A stretch of DNA of 64,000 nt from the NCBI GenBank assembly GCA_037310415.1, contig CP147780.1, positions 384,001-448,000 of the forward strand. Reading direction: 5' to 3'. Origin of the DNA: Candidatus Atabeyarchaeum deiterrae (GTDB taxonomy: Archaea; Asgardarchaeota; Atabeyarchaeia; Atabeyarchaeales; Atabeyarchaeaceae). How positions within the stretch are numbered: position 1 is the stretch's first letter; every line of letters begins with the position of its first letter. The notes under the pieces were generated by a model, which ran no database searches, had not been told where the DNA came from, and saw only the letters and a list, made by a program, of their open reading frames with translations. The position numbers were made by a program, and so were the translations under genes. Below, piece by piece: positions 50,020 to 61,109 of the stretch.

Positions 50020-50388
50020 ATGAAAAACGTGAGACACCGATATGTCGCATTTGAAGTTGGGAGTGTTTCAACGGACAGAGATGGTAAGTCGGCAATAGCG
50101 AGGGCCATTTTGAACAAGATTAAGGAAAGGTCAAACATGGCTCAACAAGGCAGGTTTGAGTTCCGAGTCATCGACTATGACAGTTCGAAATCGAGGGGGA
50201 TTATAAAAGTAATTCCTCACAGTGCCATCGAAGAGATAAAGAAACTTGTTCTGTCGATAAACGAAATCAACAATCATCCAACTGAGCTGCGCATTCTGGG
50301 TGTTAGTGGAACCATCAAATCGCTAAGAGGAAAATACATGAGTGACAGAGTTCGATTCAGACCAAAAGTGATAAATCCAGCGGATTGA
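50020..50388 (+). CDS. rnp2: RNase P protein Pop5/Rpp14
   Basis: RHRYVAF, GII, LGVSGTIK. Confidence 0.85.
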   Translation: MKNVRHRYVAFEVGSVSTDRDGKSAIARAILNKIKERSNMAQQGRFEFRVIDYDSSKSRGIIKVIPHSAIEEIKKLVLSINEINNHPTELRILGVSGTIKSLRGKYMSDRVRFRPKVINPAD

Positions 50389-50888
50389 ATGTATTCAATC
50401 GGAGGGATGATCCAGCCGTCCCAGGATGAGCAGCAAAGCGATGAATTTCTCGCGACGAAGAGACCTCCACTATTCTTGATCTCAGCTGTTTTCCATTTTC
50501 TGTCATACCATTTCCGTTTCCCCTTGAGAAAGGTAATAGGTTAAGAATCTTCATTTTCTTCCATATGCTCGCCTCATGGGCAGCTCAGATGCATTTCTTT
50601 TTCTGCGCTATTAGGAGAGAAACCGATCTACAGAATGCCAAGCTTCACTGTAATTGGCACTTCTCTCAACTGAAGATAAGCAGACAAAGCACCACCTCAG
50701 AGTCCAAGAAATTGAAGATTATCCAAACGACTGGGCTCAACCTCACATATGCTAGATCAGTGTTTGACGGGAAGTACGCCTCGGGTGTAAATAGAAGATA
50801 ATATGCTGTGCTCTGGCTTTCCAAGCGACTACTCGTTTGACTTAACAGCAAGCCATTCTCGATTTGCCTCTCCAAGATCAACTAACTA

Positions 50889-50900
50889 GAAAGGTTTATT
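50889..50900 (+). promoter_or_regulatory. BRE-TATA upstream of membrane protein/psmA
   Basis: GAAAGG-TTTATT. Confidence 0.5.
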
Positions 50901-50978
50901 TCATTGTAGTATTAACAGAGAAGCCATCAATCTTCAGGCGGTTATCGAATAGATTATTGATGGTTATGAGTGGTCTGA

Positions 50979-51374
50979 ATGGGCAAAGACAGCGCTGCTG
51001 AGCCAGATCGGAGGCTGATTGTGAGAACTATCGCCGTCTCTATCATTGTCGCCGTTGTAGCGTTGTCAGTAACGGTGTTTGTTAGGTTGACTCCTTTGTG
51101 GAGTACTTTCAGTTCTCAGCTCGTTACAATGCTGATTCTAGTCTTCCTTCTATGGCTATTCTTCGTGGCGTTTTTGGTTGGTTTCGCAAATTACAGGGAG
51201 TTGGGGAGAAGTGTCTCAGGCTGGCTGGATGTCATAGTTCTTTTGGTTGTTCAAGGAGTCTTATCCTTTTTGATTCTTGCGGATTTGGTATATTTTTCAG
51301 TAGTTATTCTCTTGTGCCTGGCGTTTATCGTGTATCTTCATGCTGCGCAGCCATCATCGAAGACATCGACTTAA
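50979..51374 (+). CDS. Hypothetical 4-TM membrane protein
   Basis: Four hydrophobic stretches; upstream promoter. Confidence 0.7.
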   Translation: MGKDSAAEPDRRLIVRTIAVSIIVAVVALSVTVFVRLTPLWSTFSSQLVTMLILVFLLWLFFVAFLVGFANYRELGRSVSGWLDVIVLLVVQGVLSFLILADLVYFSVVILLCLAFIVYLHAAQPSSKTST

Positions 51375-51562
51375 CAGTTGTTTTATATGCATGGAATCGG
51401 TATCTGGGTCTAGCAAATCATTAGTTCTAAGAACGAAAGGTAGAGGGAAAAGAATAAGAATAGTAGATGGTTTCTTTCCCCCCCAACTAAACAATCTGCT
51501 TGATGAACATTGTCATTGTCTGCTGAATCGCTGGACTCAGTGATTTAGGAGGATGGTTATGC

Positions 51563-52282
51563 TTGTTTGCTCCACCCGGTACTGGTTATGATCGTGCGAT
51601 TACGGTCTTCAGCCCAGATGGCAGATTATTCCAGGTTGAGTATGCGTTGGAAGCTGTGCGACGCGGAACTACGGCAATTGGCATCAAAAGCAAAGATGGT
51701 GTGGTTCTTGCTGTTGAGAAGAGAGTACTAGGCCTCCAAGAACCCAAGAGTGTTGAGAAGGTATTCATGGTTGACGATCACATGGGAGCAGCAATTGCTG
51801 GTCTGACTGCAGATGCGCGGGTTCTTGTGGATCAGGCGAGATTGGACGCTCAAATCAATAGGCTTACGTATGATGAACCCATCGGAGTTGAGGCGTTAAC
51901 GCGGCAGATTAGCGATCTGAAGCAATGGTGCACACAACATGCAGGCGTACGTCCTTTTGGAGTTTCGCTTCTAATGGCTGGAGTAGATGACTTAGGAACT
52001 CACCTGTACTTGACTGACCCAAGCGGAACATATTGGAGCTATAAGGCTGGAGCAATAGGCGCAGGAGGACAAAATGCAAAGGAGATGCTACAGAAGGAGT
52101 ACAGGGATGACATTTCGGTGGAAGAATGCATAGTACTGGCTTTGAAGATCCTTTCTCAAGTTATCGAAGAAGGGTTTGATCCTTCTAAGGTTGAAGTCGC
52201 GGTGATAAGAAAAGAGATCAGGAAATTCGAGTATCTGACACTCGAGGAAATTGGGAGTTACTTAGAAAAAGTGCAGAAGTGA
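51563..52282 (+). CDS. psmA: Proteasome subunit alpha
   Basis: GYDRAITVFSPDGRLFQVEYA, RPFGVSLL. Confidence 0.98.
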   Translation: MFAPPGTGYDRAITVFSPDGRLFQVEYALEAVRRGTTAIGIKSKDGVVLAVEKRVLGLQEPKSVEKVFMVDDHMGAAIAGLTADARVLVDQARLDAQINRLTYDEPIGVEALTRQISDLKQWCTQHAGVRPFGVSLLMAGVDDLGTHLYLTDPSGTYWSYKAGAIGAGGQNAKEMLQKEYRDDISVEECIVLALKILSQVIEEGFDPSKVEVAVIRKEIRKFEYLTLEEIGSYLEKVQK

Positions 52283-52339
52283 GTCAGAAGAGAGAATTTG
52301 GTGTTCCCACGGACACCTTCCTAGTGGACGAGATACATC

Positions 52340-53059
52340 ATGGGCACGTCAATGCGAGGAGAAAAGTGGCTCGACTTAGGTAATGCTGTAATAGCGAAGC
52401 TGGAAATGAAGGGAAGTAGATTCGAGATCTTAGTCGACCCAGATAAAGCATTAGCTTTCAAAAAGGGTGCGACCATAGACATGCATGATGTCTTGGTCGG
52501 GTACGTAATATTCGAAGATGCGCATAGAGGTAAGAAGGCTTCCGAAGAGAAGTTGAAGGCCACCTTCGAAACCGACGACGTCTTTGCAATCGCAGCACTA
52601 ATCATCAAGAATGGTGAAGTTCAGCTTACTGCCGAACAAAGAAGAAAGGTGATAGAGGATAAGAGGAAACGTATTATTGATATACTAGCTAGAAATTGCT
52701 TGAACCCGCAAACTGGACTTCCTCATCCAGCCACAAGAATCGAGGCGGCCATGGAGCAGGCCAAGGTGTCGATTAACCCTTTCAGAGATGCGGAGGAGCA
52801 GGCCAAGGAGATTGTTCAGGCATTGCAGTCAATCATACCGATAAGGATGGAAACATTGAGAATAGCTGTCAAGGTTCCGTCGCCATACGCGGCAAAGGCG
52901 TACAGTGTAATTGAGAGATTCGGTACTATATCGAAGGATGAGTGGGGCTCTGATGGATCGTGGATTTGTGTAATCGAGATACCGGCGGGTCTCAAAGTGG
53001 AGTTTATGGAGAAAGTTAATGAATTCAGCAAGGGGAAGACTCAGATCAAGACGTTGTAA
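52340..53059 (+). CDS. Ribosome maturation factor SBDS/Sdo1
   Basis: FEILVDP, GEVQLTAEQR, PHP.TRIE. Confidence 0.95.
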   Translation: MGTSMRGEKWLDLGNAVIAKLEMKGSRFEILVDPDKALAFKKGATIDMHDVLVGYVIFEDAHRGKKASEEKLKATFETDDVFAIAALIIKNGEVQLTAEQRRKVIEDKRKRIIDILARNCLNPQTGLPHPATRIEAAMEQAKVSINPFRDAEEQAKEIVQALQSIIPIRMETLRIAVKVPSPYAAKAYSVIERFGTISKDEWGSDGSWICVIEIPAGLKVEFMEKVNEFSKGKTQIKTL

Positions 53060-53113
53060 GAAATCCGATTAGTTAGTAATGCCTATGTTAGCAGGTATAC
53101 GGAGGTTGATTCT

Positions 53114-53824
53114 TTGAGCGTTAATTTCGGAAAGCATCAGGTAGTTGTTCCAGGCGAGTTGCTCGCTGTAGGTAGGAAATTCAGGATTGGAACAGGGACA
53201 TTCAGGGAGGGTGAGAATGTTCTTGCTTCCGCAGTGGGGCTTGCTGACTTGAACGGGGATGTGATCGAAGTAATAGCTCTCGAAGGAGGCTATTTCCCGA
53301 AAATAGATGATGATGTTATAGGTAAAATAGTTAACGTCACACTCTCATCATGGAGGGTGGACATTAAATCACCCTATTATGCCACTCTGCAGGCGTCCAA
53401 CTTCCTGAAGAAGAGAACAGACGTGGTCATGGATGATTTGAGAAGATACTTGGACATGGGAGACGCTGTCTTTGCTAAGATCATAGAATTCGACAGAACC
53501 ACAGCGCCTCTATTGACGGCCAAAGAAAAAGGCTTAGGTAAATTGAAAGGAGGAACGATAATCGACGTTATGCCAGCCAAGATCCCACGCCTTATAGGTC
53601 GAAGAGGATCCATGATCAACATGATAATAGAAGAGACCAAGTGCAGAGTACTTGTAGGGCAGAACGGGAGGGTTTGGATCTCAGGCGAAAGGTTTGAGGT
53701 AGAAGATCTTGTCGTGAAGATCATAAGAAGAGTCGAACGCGAAGCTCACACCGCAGGTTTGACTGATCGAATAAGAGATATGATTAGAATTGAAATGGCC
53801 AACAAAGGAGTGTCAAAAAGTTGA
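53114..53824 (+). CDS. rrp4: Exosome subunit Rrp4
   Basis: VVPGE, S1 domain, [26 protein letters not shown]. Confidence 0.95.
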   Translation: MSVNFGKHQVVVPGELLAVGRKFRIGTGTFREGENVLASAVGLADLNGDVIEVIALEGGYFPKIDDDVIGKIVNVTLSSWRVDIKSPYYATLQASNFLKKRTDVVMDDLRRYLDMGDAVFAKIIEFDRTTAPLLTAKEKGLGKLKGGTIIDVMPAKIPRLIGRRGSMINMIIEETKCRVLVGQNGRVWISGERFEVEDLVVKIIRRVEREAHTAGLTDRIRDMIRIEMANKGVSKS

Positions 53825-54615
53825 TGAGTTTATTGAAACAATCGATACCAACTAGACTTATCGATGATAACGGCATTAGAACTGATGGAAGAAAGCTAGA
53901 TGAGCTCAGACCTATCAAGCTCGAGATAGGCACATTAAAGAGAGCAGACGGCTCGGCCTACATCGAACAAGGAAAGAACAAGATTCTCGTAGCAGTTTAC
54001 GGCCCAAGGGAGCTGCATCCACATCATTTGGCGCTTCCAGACAGATGCCTATTGAGATGTGTCTATCGCATGGCATCCTTCTCCGTTGAAGAAAGAAAAA
54101 GTCCAGCGCCTGGTCGTCGCGAAATAGAATTGTCAAAGGTAATAAGGGAAGCTATCGAACCGGCAGTCTTTCTCGAGGATTTTCCTCGTGCGGGTATCGA
54201 TGTCTATATTCAGATACTTCAGGCGGACGGAGGAACCAGATGCGCCAGCATTACCGCTGCATCACTAGCCTTGGCAGATGCAGGTATTCCAATGCGAGAC
54301 TTGGTTGCCGCTTGTGCTGCCGGTAAAGCAGGAGGTCAAGTAGTTCTTGACATTAATGATGCCGAGGACAAATACGGAAGCGGTGACATGCCTCTTGCTA
54401 TGATGCCGAGAAGAAAAGAAGTGACTCTACTTCAACTTGATGGCATCCTCACACCAGAGGAATTCAAGAAAGCATTTGAGTTCGCGCAGCAAGGATGCCA
54501 ACAGATTTACGAATTGCAGAGAAATGCCATCAAAGACAAATACAAGACTATCCGAGAAGAGGTCTCCGTCGAAGAAAAGAAGGTTACTGAAAAGGAAGGT
54601 GAAACGAAGCAATGA
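53821..54615 (+). CDS. rrp41: Exosome subunit Rrp41
   Basis: DGR...ELR, YGPRE, QADGGTR. Confidence 0.97.
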   Translation: MMSLLKQSIPTRLIDDNGIRTDGRKLDELRPIKLEIGTLKRADGSAYIEQGKNKILVAVYGPRELHPHHLALPDRCLLRCVYRMASFSVEERKSPAPGRREIELSKVIREAIEPAVFLEDFPRAGIDVYIQILQADGGTRCASITAASLALADAGIPMRDLVAACAAGKAGGQVVLDINDAEDKYGSGDMPLAMMPRRKEVTLLQLDGILTPEEFKKAFEFAQQGCQQIYELQRNAIKDKYKTIREEVSVEEKKVTEKEGETKQ

Positions 54616-55418
54616 TGGGCGAGAGAATCATAACTGAGATAGAGCGCAACTACATCATGTCCATCGTCGAGAAAGGGAAAAGAATTGACAACAGAGGATT
54701 CGAAGACTATAGAGACATAAAGATAGAAATAGGTCTCATCAAGAAAGCAGAAGGATCTGCCCTGGTAACGTTAGGGGACACAAAGGTGCTGGTAGGCGTC
54801 AAAGCAGATATAGGCGCTCCTTTCCCTGACACACCTGAGAGAGCAGTTCTTACTGTCAACGCTGAGTTCACTGCAGGGGCTTCGCCAACATTTGAACCTG
54901 GCCCTCCTGATGAAGAGGCTATCGAATTAGCTCGCGTGGTGGACAGAGGCATCAGGGAATCTGAGGCAGTCGATTTGCAGAAGCTTTGTCTAATACCTGG
55001 AAAGAAGGTATGGGTCATATTCGTCGATGTATATGTACTTGACCACGGCGGTAATCTAATTGATGCATCTGAGCTAGGTGCCATGGCTTCGCTTCTTACA
55101 ACCCAAATACCAAGAGCAACTGTGCATGGCGATGAGATCAAGCTTGAGAACAAGAGACAAGCACTACCAACGAAGACTAGAGCTGTCTCAGTCACGTTCG
55201 CCAAACTAGGAAAACATATATTTGTCGACCCTTCAGTTGATGAAGAGAATGTCATGGAATGCAGACTAACTCTTGCGACTGATGAGGAAGGACATTTCGT
55301 TGCTGCTCAGAAAGGTGGGACGGGAACATTTAGTCCAGAGCAGATCTTGAAAGCTGTCGAAATCACACAAAGGAAAAGTACAGAGCTGCGCAATTTGCTA
55401 CCTATGCGATCAGACTGA
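54612..55418 (+). CDS. rrp42: Exosome subunit Rrp42
   Basis: [25 protein letters not shown]. Confidence 0.97.
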   Translation: MMGERIITEIERNYIMSIVEKGKRIDNRGFEDYRDIKIEIGLIKKAEGSALVTLGDTKVLVGVKADIGAPFPDTPERAVLTVNAEFTAGASPTFEPGPPDEEAIELARVVDRGIRESEAVDLQKLCLIPGKKVWVIFVDVYVLDHGGNLIDASELGAMASLLTTQIPRATVHGDEIKLENKRQALPTKTRAVSVTFAKLGKHIFVDPSVDEENVMECRLTLATDEEGHFVAAQKGGTGTFSPEQILKAVEITQRKSTELRNLLPMRSD

Positions 55419-55496
55419 GGTCATGAACCCCAACCGGGGTAATGAAAACAGTTACTTGCCTCACAGAAAGCATTGAGAATGGAGATGTGTCTTGAA

Positions 55497-55736
55497 ATGG
55501 GACGTACGAAGAAAGCTGGCACTGCAGGAAGGTTTGGTTCAAGATATGGCGCTACAGTAAGAAAAAGAGTCATGGAGATTGAGACTGAAGAAAAAGCCCT
55601 CCACAAATGCCCCAACTGCGAAACTCTGGCACTCAAGCGCGTTGCAGTAGGGATCTGGGAATGTAAGAAATGCAGGATGAAGTTCGCAGGTGGCGCGTGG
55701 AAACCGTTCCCCATGGAGAAACTACGAAAAGTGTAA
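55497..55736 (+). CDS. rpl37ae: 50S ribosomal protein eL43 (L37ae)
   Basis: GRFGSRYG, CPNC, GIW.C..C, AGGAW. Confidence 0.96.
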   Translation: MGRTKKAGTAGRFGSRYGATVRKRVMEIETEEKALHKCPNCETLALKRVAVGIWECKKCRMKFAGGAWKPFPMEKLRKV

Positions 55737-55785
55737 GGGTAAAAGTCAGCCAATCTAAGTGCTTTTTCTTTGGGATGAGGGACAA

Positions 55786-56379
55786 GTGATTCTGATCACA
55801 ACATCTCGGCGTCCCTCACCCAGAACACGTTCGCTCTGCAATGATCTGGCTTGGCTATTGCCGGATTCTTTCCGTATTAACCGCGGCAATGCAAGTAGTG
55901 ATGAGCTACTAGTATTGGCCTCAGTCAAACGCGCGAAAACTTTGATCGTGATCGACTCCAAAATGGGAAATCCTAGCGCTATTAGTCTTTATTCGATAGG
56001 TGAAGAGGCAGGAAGGAGTGCCTCCATTAGATTTCGTGTTTCTCAAGTTCGTCTTCAACGTGAAGTCGGGAAAAAGACAGCGAAGATACGCCTATTCAAG
56101 AGACTCGTGGTCAGATTGAGAGAAGGGAGAATGGAAACAGCTACCTTTGCCAGAGTGCTTGCAAGGTTTCTTCAAGGAGAGTTTGCACAGTGCGTATGTG
56201 CAGAGAGATCATACGACATGCCAACGAATGCATGCCTGGTATTGAAAGTGGAGGAAATAGAGGACGAGATTACTCTTAGATTCACTGATATGGATTCCAT
56301 TGTGGAATACGGTCCTCAAATAAAAATCAGGATAAGAGACATCTCAAATCTCAACTTGGAGGGGATTTCGCATGATTAA
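55786..56379 (+). CDS. Brix/Imp4-domain ribosome biogenesis protein
   Basis: ITTSRRPS.RTR, NRG, GNP, GPQI. Confidence 0.85.
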   Translation: MILITTSRRPSPRTRSLCNDLAWLLPDSFRINRGNASSDELLVLASVKRAKTLIVIDSKMGNPSAISLYSIGEEAGRSASIRFRVSQVRLQREVGKKTAKIRLFKRLVVRLREGRMETATFARVLARFLQGEFAQCVCAERSYDMPTNACLVLKVEEIEDEITLRFTDMDSIVEYGPQIKIRIRDISNLNLEGISHD

Positions 56380-56668
56380 ACATCCTGCCATCCAAGCCAT
56401 AAGCGCTGTGATCGAAATAGAAGCGGAGCCGGAGATCCAAAAACTAATCCGTTCGGTACTTTCCCCCGAATTGTCTCAGAGTGTATCTTCAAGGTCCTCA
56501 GTTTCCATCAGCAGCATCAACAACAGACTAAACATTAGGGTTGAAGGGAGGGATTTAAGTAGTTTTAGAGCATCTGCTACCTCAATATTGAGGCTACTTA
56601 GCGTTATAGCCGAGATTCATGAGACCATCGATAATGATTCGCCGCAAGCAAGGAGGTTAGATGTTTGA
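56372..56668 (+). CDS. pcc1: KEOPS subunit Pcc1
   Basis: L.PE, RS, D...FRA...S.LRL; position before pfdB. Confidence 0.82.
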   Translation: MIKHPAIQAISAVIEIEAEPEIQKLIRSVLSPELSQSVSSRSSVSISSINNRLNIRVEGRDLSSFRASATSILRLLSVIAEIHETIDNDSPQARRLDV

Positions 56669-57030
56669 GCCAAGAAATACCGCCTCAGTTGCAGCAGGAA
56701 CTTGTCATGCGAGAACAGATAAGACAGAAGCTAATTGAATTGCTTGAACGAAAGCAACAGTTCGATATCCTGCTTCACGAAACAGAGGGCGCACTCTCAG
56801 AACTCGAGAAAGCAGACGCTAATACGGCCATCTACAAGAGTGCAGGACCGCTCCTTATTCGTACTGAAAAAGATAAAGCCAAACAAGAGTTGAGTGAGCA
56901 CAAGGAGACTCTTACAATCCAGATAAAAACCCTAGAAAAGCAAGAAGATAGGACAAGGAAACAACTCGAAGAGAAGGATGCTAAGCTGCAGAACGAATTG
57001 AAAACACGTGGCATACTTAGTTCTCCATAA
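56665..57030 (+). CDS. pfdB: Prefoldin beta subunit
   Basis: IPPQLQ, coiled coils, IYKSAG.LL. Confidence 0.95.
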   Translation: MSQEIPPQLQQELVMREQIRQKLIELLERKQQFDILLHETEGALSELEKADANTAIYKSAGPLLIRTEKDKAKQELSEHKETLTIQIKTLEKQEDRTRKQLEEKDAKLQNELKTRGILSSP

Positions 57031-57088
57031 ACAACAACATGAGCGCACAGCACTTAACCCCTTCCGAGCTGTCGAAGGTGGGAGTAGC

Positions 57089-57358
57089 TTGCTAACTGAA
57101 GATCAGATTGAAAAACTGGTCAAAGCTGGCGAGAGCGCGGCGCGCGTGTATATCACATCAAAATTACATAGACATGAAATCGAGGATCTTGACATAACAG
57201 TGGAAGTCGAAGTCAATGATGACTTGGCAATTAGCGTCGAAGTCAATGTTGATTCGCTTCCGAGTAGGGAAAACTGCCAAGAGCTAGTCGACGGAGCGGT
57301 TGAAGCTGCACATGCAGCCATTAAACAAGAGTTAGATAAATCCAGATCTCGGAGCTAG
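57089..57358 (+). CDS. DUF3194-like protein
   Basis: LT..QIE.L....E..AR..I, I.DLDI.V; typical position after pfdB. Confidence 0.7.
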   Translation: MLTEDQIEKLVKAGESAARVYITSKLHRHEIEDLDITVEVEVNDDLAISVEVNVDSLPSRENCQELVDGAVEAAHAAIKQELDKSRSRS

Positions 57359-57418
57359 GGGTTAGTCGCGTACCGCGCTTAGTCAAAATCTCCAGTCGTT
57401 CGTGGATGATGAGAGTAT

Positions 57419-58429
57419 ATGAAATTCTGGGAGGAGATCGTAAGTCTCTTCGAAAGGAGAAATGTAAGAAGCGTAGTAGTTCTTTGTCATAGTAACGCTG
57501 ATCCTGATGCTGTGAGTAGCGCCCTAAGCTTGAGGGCACTAATTCACCAACTTTGTGCCACCATTGTTCGAGTCGAAGTAGTGGCCGAAGGAGTAAGTGA
57601 AGCATCAAGTAGGTTGATTGAAGCTTTTGCCGATATCGAAGTGAATGATGAGATCAATGGTGAACCTGATGCCTTTATCTTGGTTGATGCTAATAACGTT
57701 GAACATGTTGGGAAATTCAAGTACATGATTCGGGAAAGCGAAAAGCCTCTCATAGTAATCGACCACCATGTTGCTCAAAGTTCTATCTTCAAGAAAACGG
57801 CTATCACGTACATCGATGAAGATGCTTCATCAACTGCTGAGATCATATCCTTACTGAATGAATCTGTAGGCAGACGTCCCTCAGTAATCGAAGCAACCAT
57901 TCTGCTGATTGGGGTCATCTATGACTCAAAACGCTTCTTGATTCTTGGCAGAAACACATTTCACGCCGCAAACTTTCTTATTACTGCTGGCGCAGATTAT
58001 GATCGCGCTCTCTTGGTTCTGAGTTATCCGATTGGAAGATCGGAAAGAATAGCCCGCCTGAAAGCGGCTCAAAGGACAAGATTGCTTGAATCGAACGGAT
58101 GGATAATCGCTTCGTCAATTGTCAGCTCTTTTGAAGCTAGCGCCTGTAGAGGTCTCATTGAGTTGGGAGCAGACGCAGCAATAGTATCGTCTGACAGAAG
58201 AGACGAGAAAAGGATAAGCACCAGATCAACCAAGGCCTTCCACGATAGGACTGGAATTAACCTGGCCAAAATAATGGAAAAAGTTGGTGAAGAACTAAAC
58301 GGGAGTGGCGGGGGGCATGCAACTGCAGCGACGGTTTCAGGGATTAGTGACATTGAGAAAGGGGAAAGATTAACTGTCAAATACATTGAAGAATGTGTGC
58401 GAAAAGGAAAAGTAGAATCAATGAAATGA
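57419..58429 (+). CDS. DHH/DHHA1 phosphoesterase (NrnA-like)
   Basis: H.NADPDA, IDHH, SSTAE, GGGH..AA. Confidence 0.9.
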   Translation: MKFWEEIVSLFERRNVRSVVVLCHSNADPDAVSSALSLRALIHQLCATIVRVEVVAEGVSEASSRLIEAFADIEVNDEINGEPDAFILVDANNVEHVGKFKYMIRESEKPLIVIDHHVAQSSIFKKTAITYIDEDASSTAEIISLLNESVGRRPSVIEATILLIGVIYDSKRFLILGRNTFHAANFLITAGADYDRALLVLSYPIGRSERIARLKAAQRTRLLESNGWIIASSIVSSFEASACRGLIELGADAAIVSSDRRDEKRISTRSTKAFHDRTGINLAKIMEKVGEELNGSGGGHATAATVSGISDIEKGERLTVKYIEECVRKGKVESMK

Positions 58430-58513
58430 AACTGCTGTCTTGTCGCATCCATTAGGACAACTCTAGGGACGTTGAAGCGGTAAGCTGCATTGTGAGCGAG
58501 AGGATGACCCAGT

Positions 58514-59344
58514 ATGACAACAATAGTTTGCTCAGAGAACTTGGCATTTGCCTACTCGGGAGTCAGAAGACCTGCTATTAAAAACATTAACCTACAGATT
58601 GAGAAAGGGGAGTATGTCGTAGTGACTGGTCCGACAGGATGTGGAAAAACAACCTTATGCAGATGTTTCAACGGACTCATACCTCACTTTCACCAAGGGA
58701 GGATGACAGGCAGGGTAACGATTAACGGCATCGACACACTTGAGAGGAAAGTTTCAGACCTATCCCAAACGGTCGGACTTGTTTTTCAGGATCCTGAGAA
58801 TCAACTGGTCGCTCTTAATGTTGAAAGAGAACTTGCCTTTGCCCCCGAGAATCTTGGACTTCCTGTAGAGGAAGTCAAAGCGAGAGTTGAGGAAGCAGTA
58901 GAGTTGGTCGGATTAGAACGTCTGAGGTCAAAGGCGCCTTATGAGCTTTCAGGAGGAGAACAGCAGAGGGTTGCTATCGCCTCTGTCTTAACTCTTAGAC
59001 CAAGTCTTTTGGTACTAGACGAACCAACTTCCAATTTGGATCCCGTTGGCGCCAAAAGAGTTCTGAGTCTACTCGGAGACATAAATAAGAACCGCAAGAT
59101 AACAATCATACTCATCGAACATAGACTTGATTTGGTGGCCTCCTATGCAAACAGAATCTTGATAATGAATAGGGGAGAGATCGTAGTCGAAGGGGAGCCA
59201 CGCGTAGTGCTTTCAAATGATTATGTTGAAGAACTGGGTGTTGGTATCCCAAAGATCCTCAAACTCTTCAAGAATCTTCAGATCGAATCGAGAGAACGTG
59301 GTCTTCCGTTGACTCCTGAAGAAGCTGTTGATCTATTAACATGA
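58514..59344 (+). CDS. ecfA: ECF transporter ATPase A1
   Basis: GPTGCGKT, FQDPENQ, LSGGEQQR, LDEP. Confidence 0.92.
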   Translation: MTTIVCSENLAFAYSGVRRPAIKNINLQIEKGEYVVVTGPTGCGKTTLCRCFNGLIPHFHQGRMTGRVTINGIDTLERKVSDLSQTVGLVFQDPENQLVALNVERELAFAPENLGLPVEEVKARVEEAVELVGLERLRSKAPYELSGGEQQRVAIASVLTLRPSLLVLDEPTSNLDPVGAKRVLSLLGDINKNRKITIILIEHRLDLVASYANRILIMNRGEIVVEGEPRVVLSNDYVEELGVGIPKILKLFKNLQIESRERGLPLTPEEAVDLLT

Positions 59345-59350
59345 AAGAGG

Positions 59351-60187
59351 TTGGATTCCGTGATCACGGTGGAAGAGATTTGGTTTACTTATCAGGATGG
59401 ACCAACTGCTTTGAGAGGGGTCTCCGTAGGGATCAGAGATGGAGAGCTTGTCGCTATCATGGGTGAGAACGGTGCCGGCAAAACTACACTAGTCAAACAC
59501 TTCAACGGACTCCTGAAGGCTCAGAGAGGAAGGGTCGTGGTCAATGGATTGGATACTCGTAGAGCTACAATTGCTCAACTTGCTCGGGAAGTTGGATTTG
59601 TTTTTCAAAATGCTGATCATCAGCTGTTTTCTGAGACAGTCTACTCTGAAGTGTCATTTGCGCTTAGAAACCTAGATTTTCCTAAGAAGGAACTGCGGAG
59701 AAGAGTTCAGAATGTTCTCCGTTCCCTGGATTTAGAGAAGTACAGTGGATCGTCACCTTTCTCACTCAGTGGAGGTGAAAGGAAGAGAGTAGCCCTGGCG
59801 TCGACCCTTTGCTTCGATCCAAAGATCCTAGTCTTGGACGAACCCACCATCGGGCAGGATGCTTCTCAGAAGAAGAAGCTGGGAGAGCTAATCCGAACAA
59901 TGAATCTTGAAGGAAAGACTGTGATAGTGGTAACACACGACGTTGAATTTGCTGTAGAGTACTTGAATAGGATCATAGCAATGGCAAAGGGCGAGATAAT
60001 CGCAGATGGATCTTCGAAGAGAGTCCTAACAAATCACCGTGTACTGAATGAATGTGCACTACTGGCTCCGCAGATGACACAGCTTGCTGGCAAGATATCC
60101 GAACGAGTCAATGGTTTTCCAACAGATATCATAACTGTGGATGAAGCAACCTTGGCAATAAGAGAATTTCTTCGGGGGCAGCAATAG
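59351..60187 (+). CDS. ecfA: ECF transporter ATPase A2
   Basis: GENGAGKT, FQNADHQ, LSGGERKR. Confidence 0.92.
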   Translation: MDSVITVEEIWFTYQDGPTALRGVSVGIRDGELVAIMGENGAGKTTLVKHFNGLLKAQRGRVVVNGLDTRRATIAQLAREVGFVFQNADHQLFSETVYSEVSFALRNLDFPKKELRRRVQNVLRSLDLEKYSGSSPFSLSGGERKRVALASTLCFDPKILVLDEPTIGQDASQKKKLGELIRTMNLEGKTVIVVTHDVEFAVEYLNRIIAMAKGEIIADGSSKRVLTNHRVLNECALLAPQMTQLAGKISERVNGFPTDIITVDEATLAIREFLRGQQ

Positions 60188-60191
60188 AGAA

Positions 60192-60962
60192 GTGTCGATA
60201 TTCCAGGCTTTCAAGTTCAAGAAAAAAGATACCGTGATCCATAGACTTGATCCAAGGACGAAGCTTTACACAGCCATCATGTTATTCGTCTTGAGTTTCA
60301 TATTTGGTGAAGTTGTTCTTCTGTCATTGATCTTATTGTTCTCAATGTTGCTGCTTGCGACGGCGAGGTCACTCGGCCAGTGGTTCAAGACCTTAAGAGG
60401 ACTGTCATTTCTACTGATATTCATAGTTGTTGTTAATACCTTACTCGTCAATACACCCTTTGCGCTTGGCAATGCCATGACCATGGTTATAAGGCTGCTA
60501 GATATAATGGCAAGCTTCTCAATATTCTTTCTTACCGTTCATCCAGATGACTTGGCTCAGGCTCTAATCCAACTTCATGTGCCATTTGATTTTGCATTTA
60601 CTCTTTCGATGGCAACACGCTATGTGCCGACTTTGGCTCAGGAAACTCAAACGATAATGGATGCCCAGATGTCACGAGGATTAGAACTACAGAAAGGGAA
60701 TGTGATTAGACGAATAAGGAATTACATTCCAATCTTGATACCTTTGATAGTTAGCTCCATTCGCCGCGCGATGTCGATTGCAGAAAGTCTGGAGTCCCGT
60801 GCTTTCGGCTCCACAAAGAATCGAACCTACTTGTATCGACTCAGAATGGCTAAGAAGGATTACTTTGTGGTACTTATGATGACTTTGGCGATTGCTCTGA
60901 GCATATACCTCAAGTTCTTTGGAGGACTTCCTCTATGGACCAGATGGCAGATCCCACTGTAG
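60192..60962 (+). CDS. ecfT: ECF transporter transmembrane T component
   Basis: IHRLDPRTK, AQMSRG, LESRAF. Confidence 0.92.
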   Translation: MSIFQAFKFKKKDTVIHRLDPRTKLYTAIMLFVLSFIFGEVVLLSLILLFSMLLLATARSLGQWFKTLRGLSFLLIFIVVVNTLLVNTPFALGNAMTMVIRLLDIMASFSIFFLTVHPDDLAQALIQLHVPFDFAFTLSMATRYVPTLAQETQTIMDAQMSRGLELQKGNVIRRIRNYIPILIPLIVSSIRRAMSIAESLESRAFGSTKNRTYLYRLRMAKKDYFVVLMMTLAIALSIYLKFFGGLPLWTRWQIPL

Positions 60963-61109
60963 TCTTATCACAGGAAATTGTCAAATTGTGCCCCATGAGA
61001 ATGCTGGTCGGGCGAGTAGCATACTGCTGTAATGCGAATAACTTACACTGTTAGTATTTGTTATGAATATCTTTAGTGTGAAATGCATGATTTATGAGCA
61101 GGTGTCCTC

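Noticed and set aside
58514-60962. ECF module without an S component
   Set aside because: Normal for shared (group II) ECF modules.
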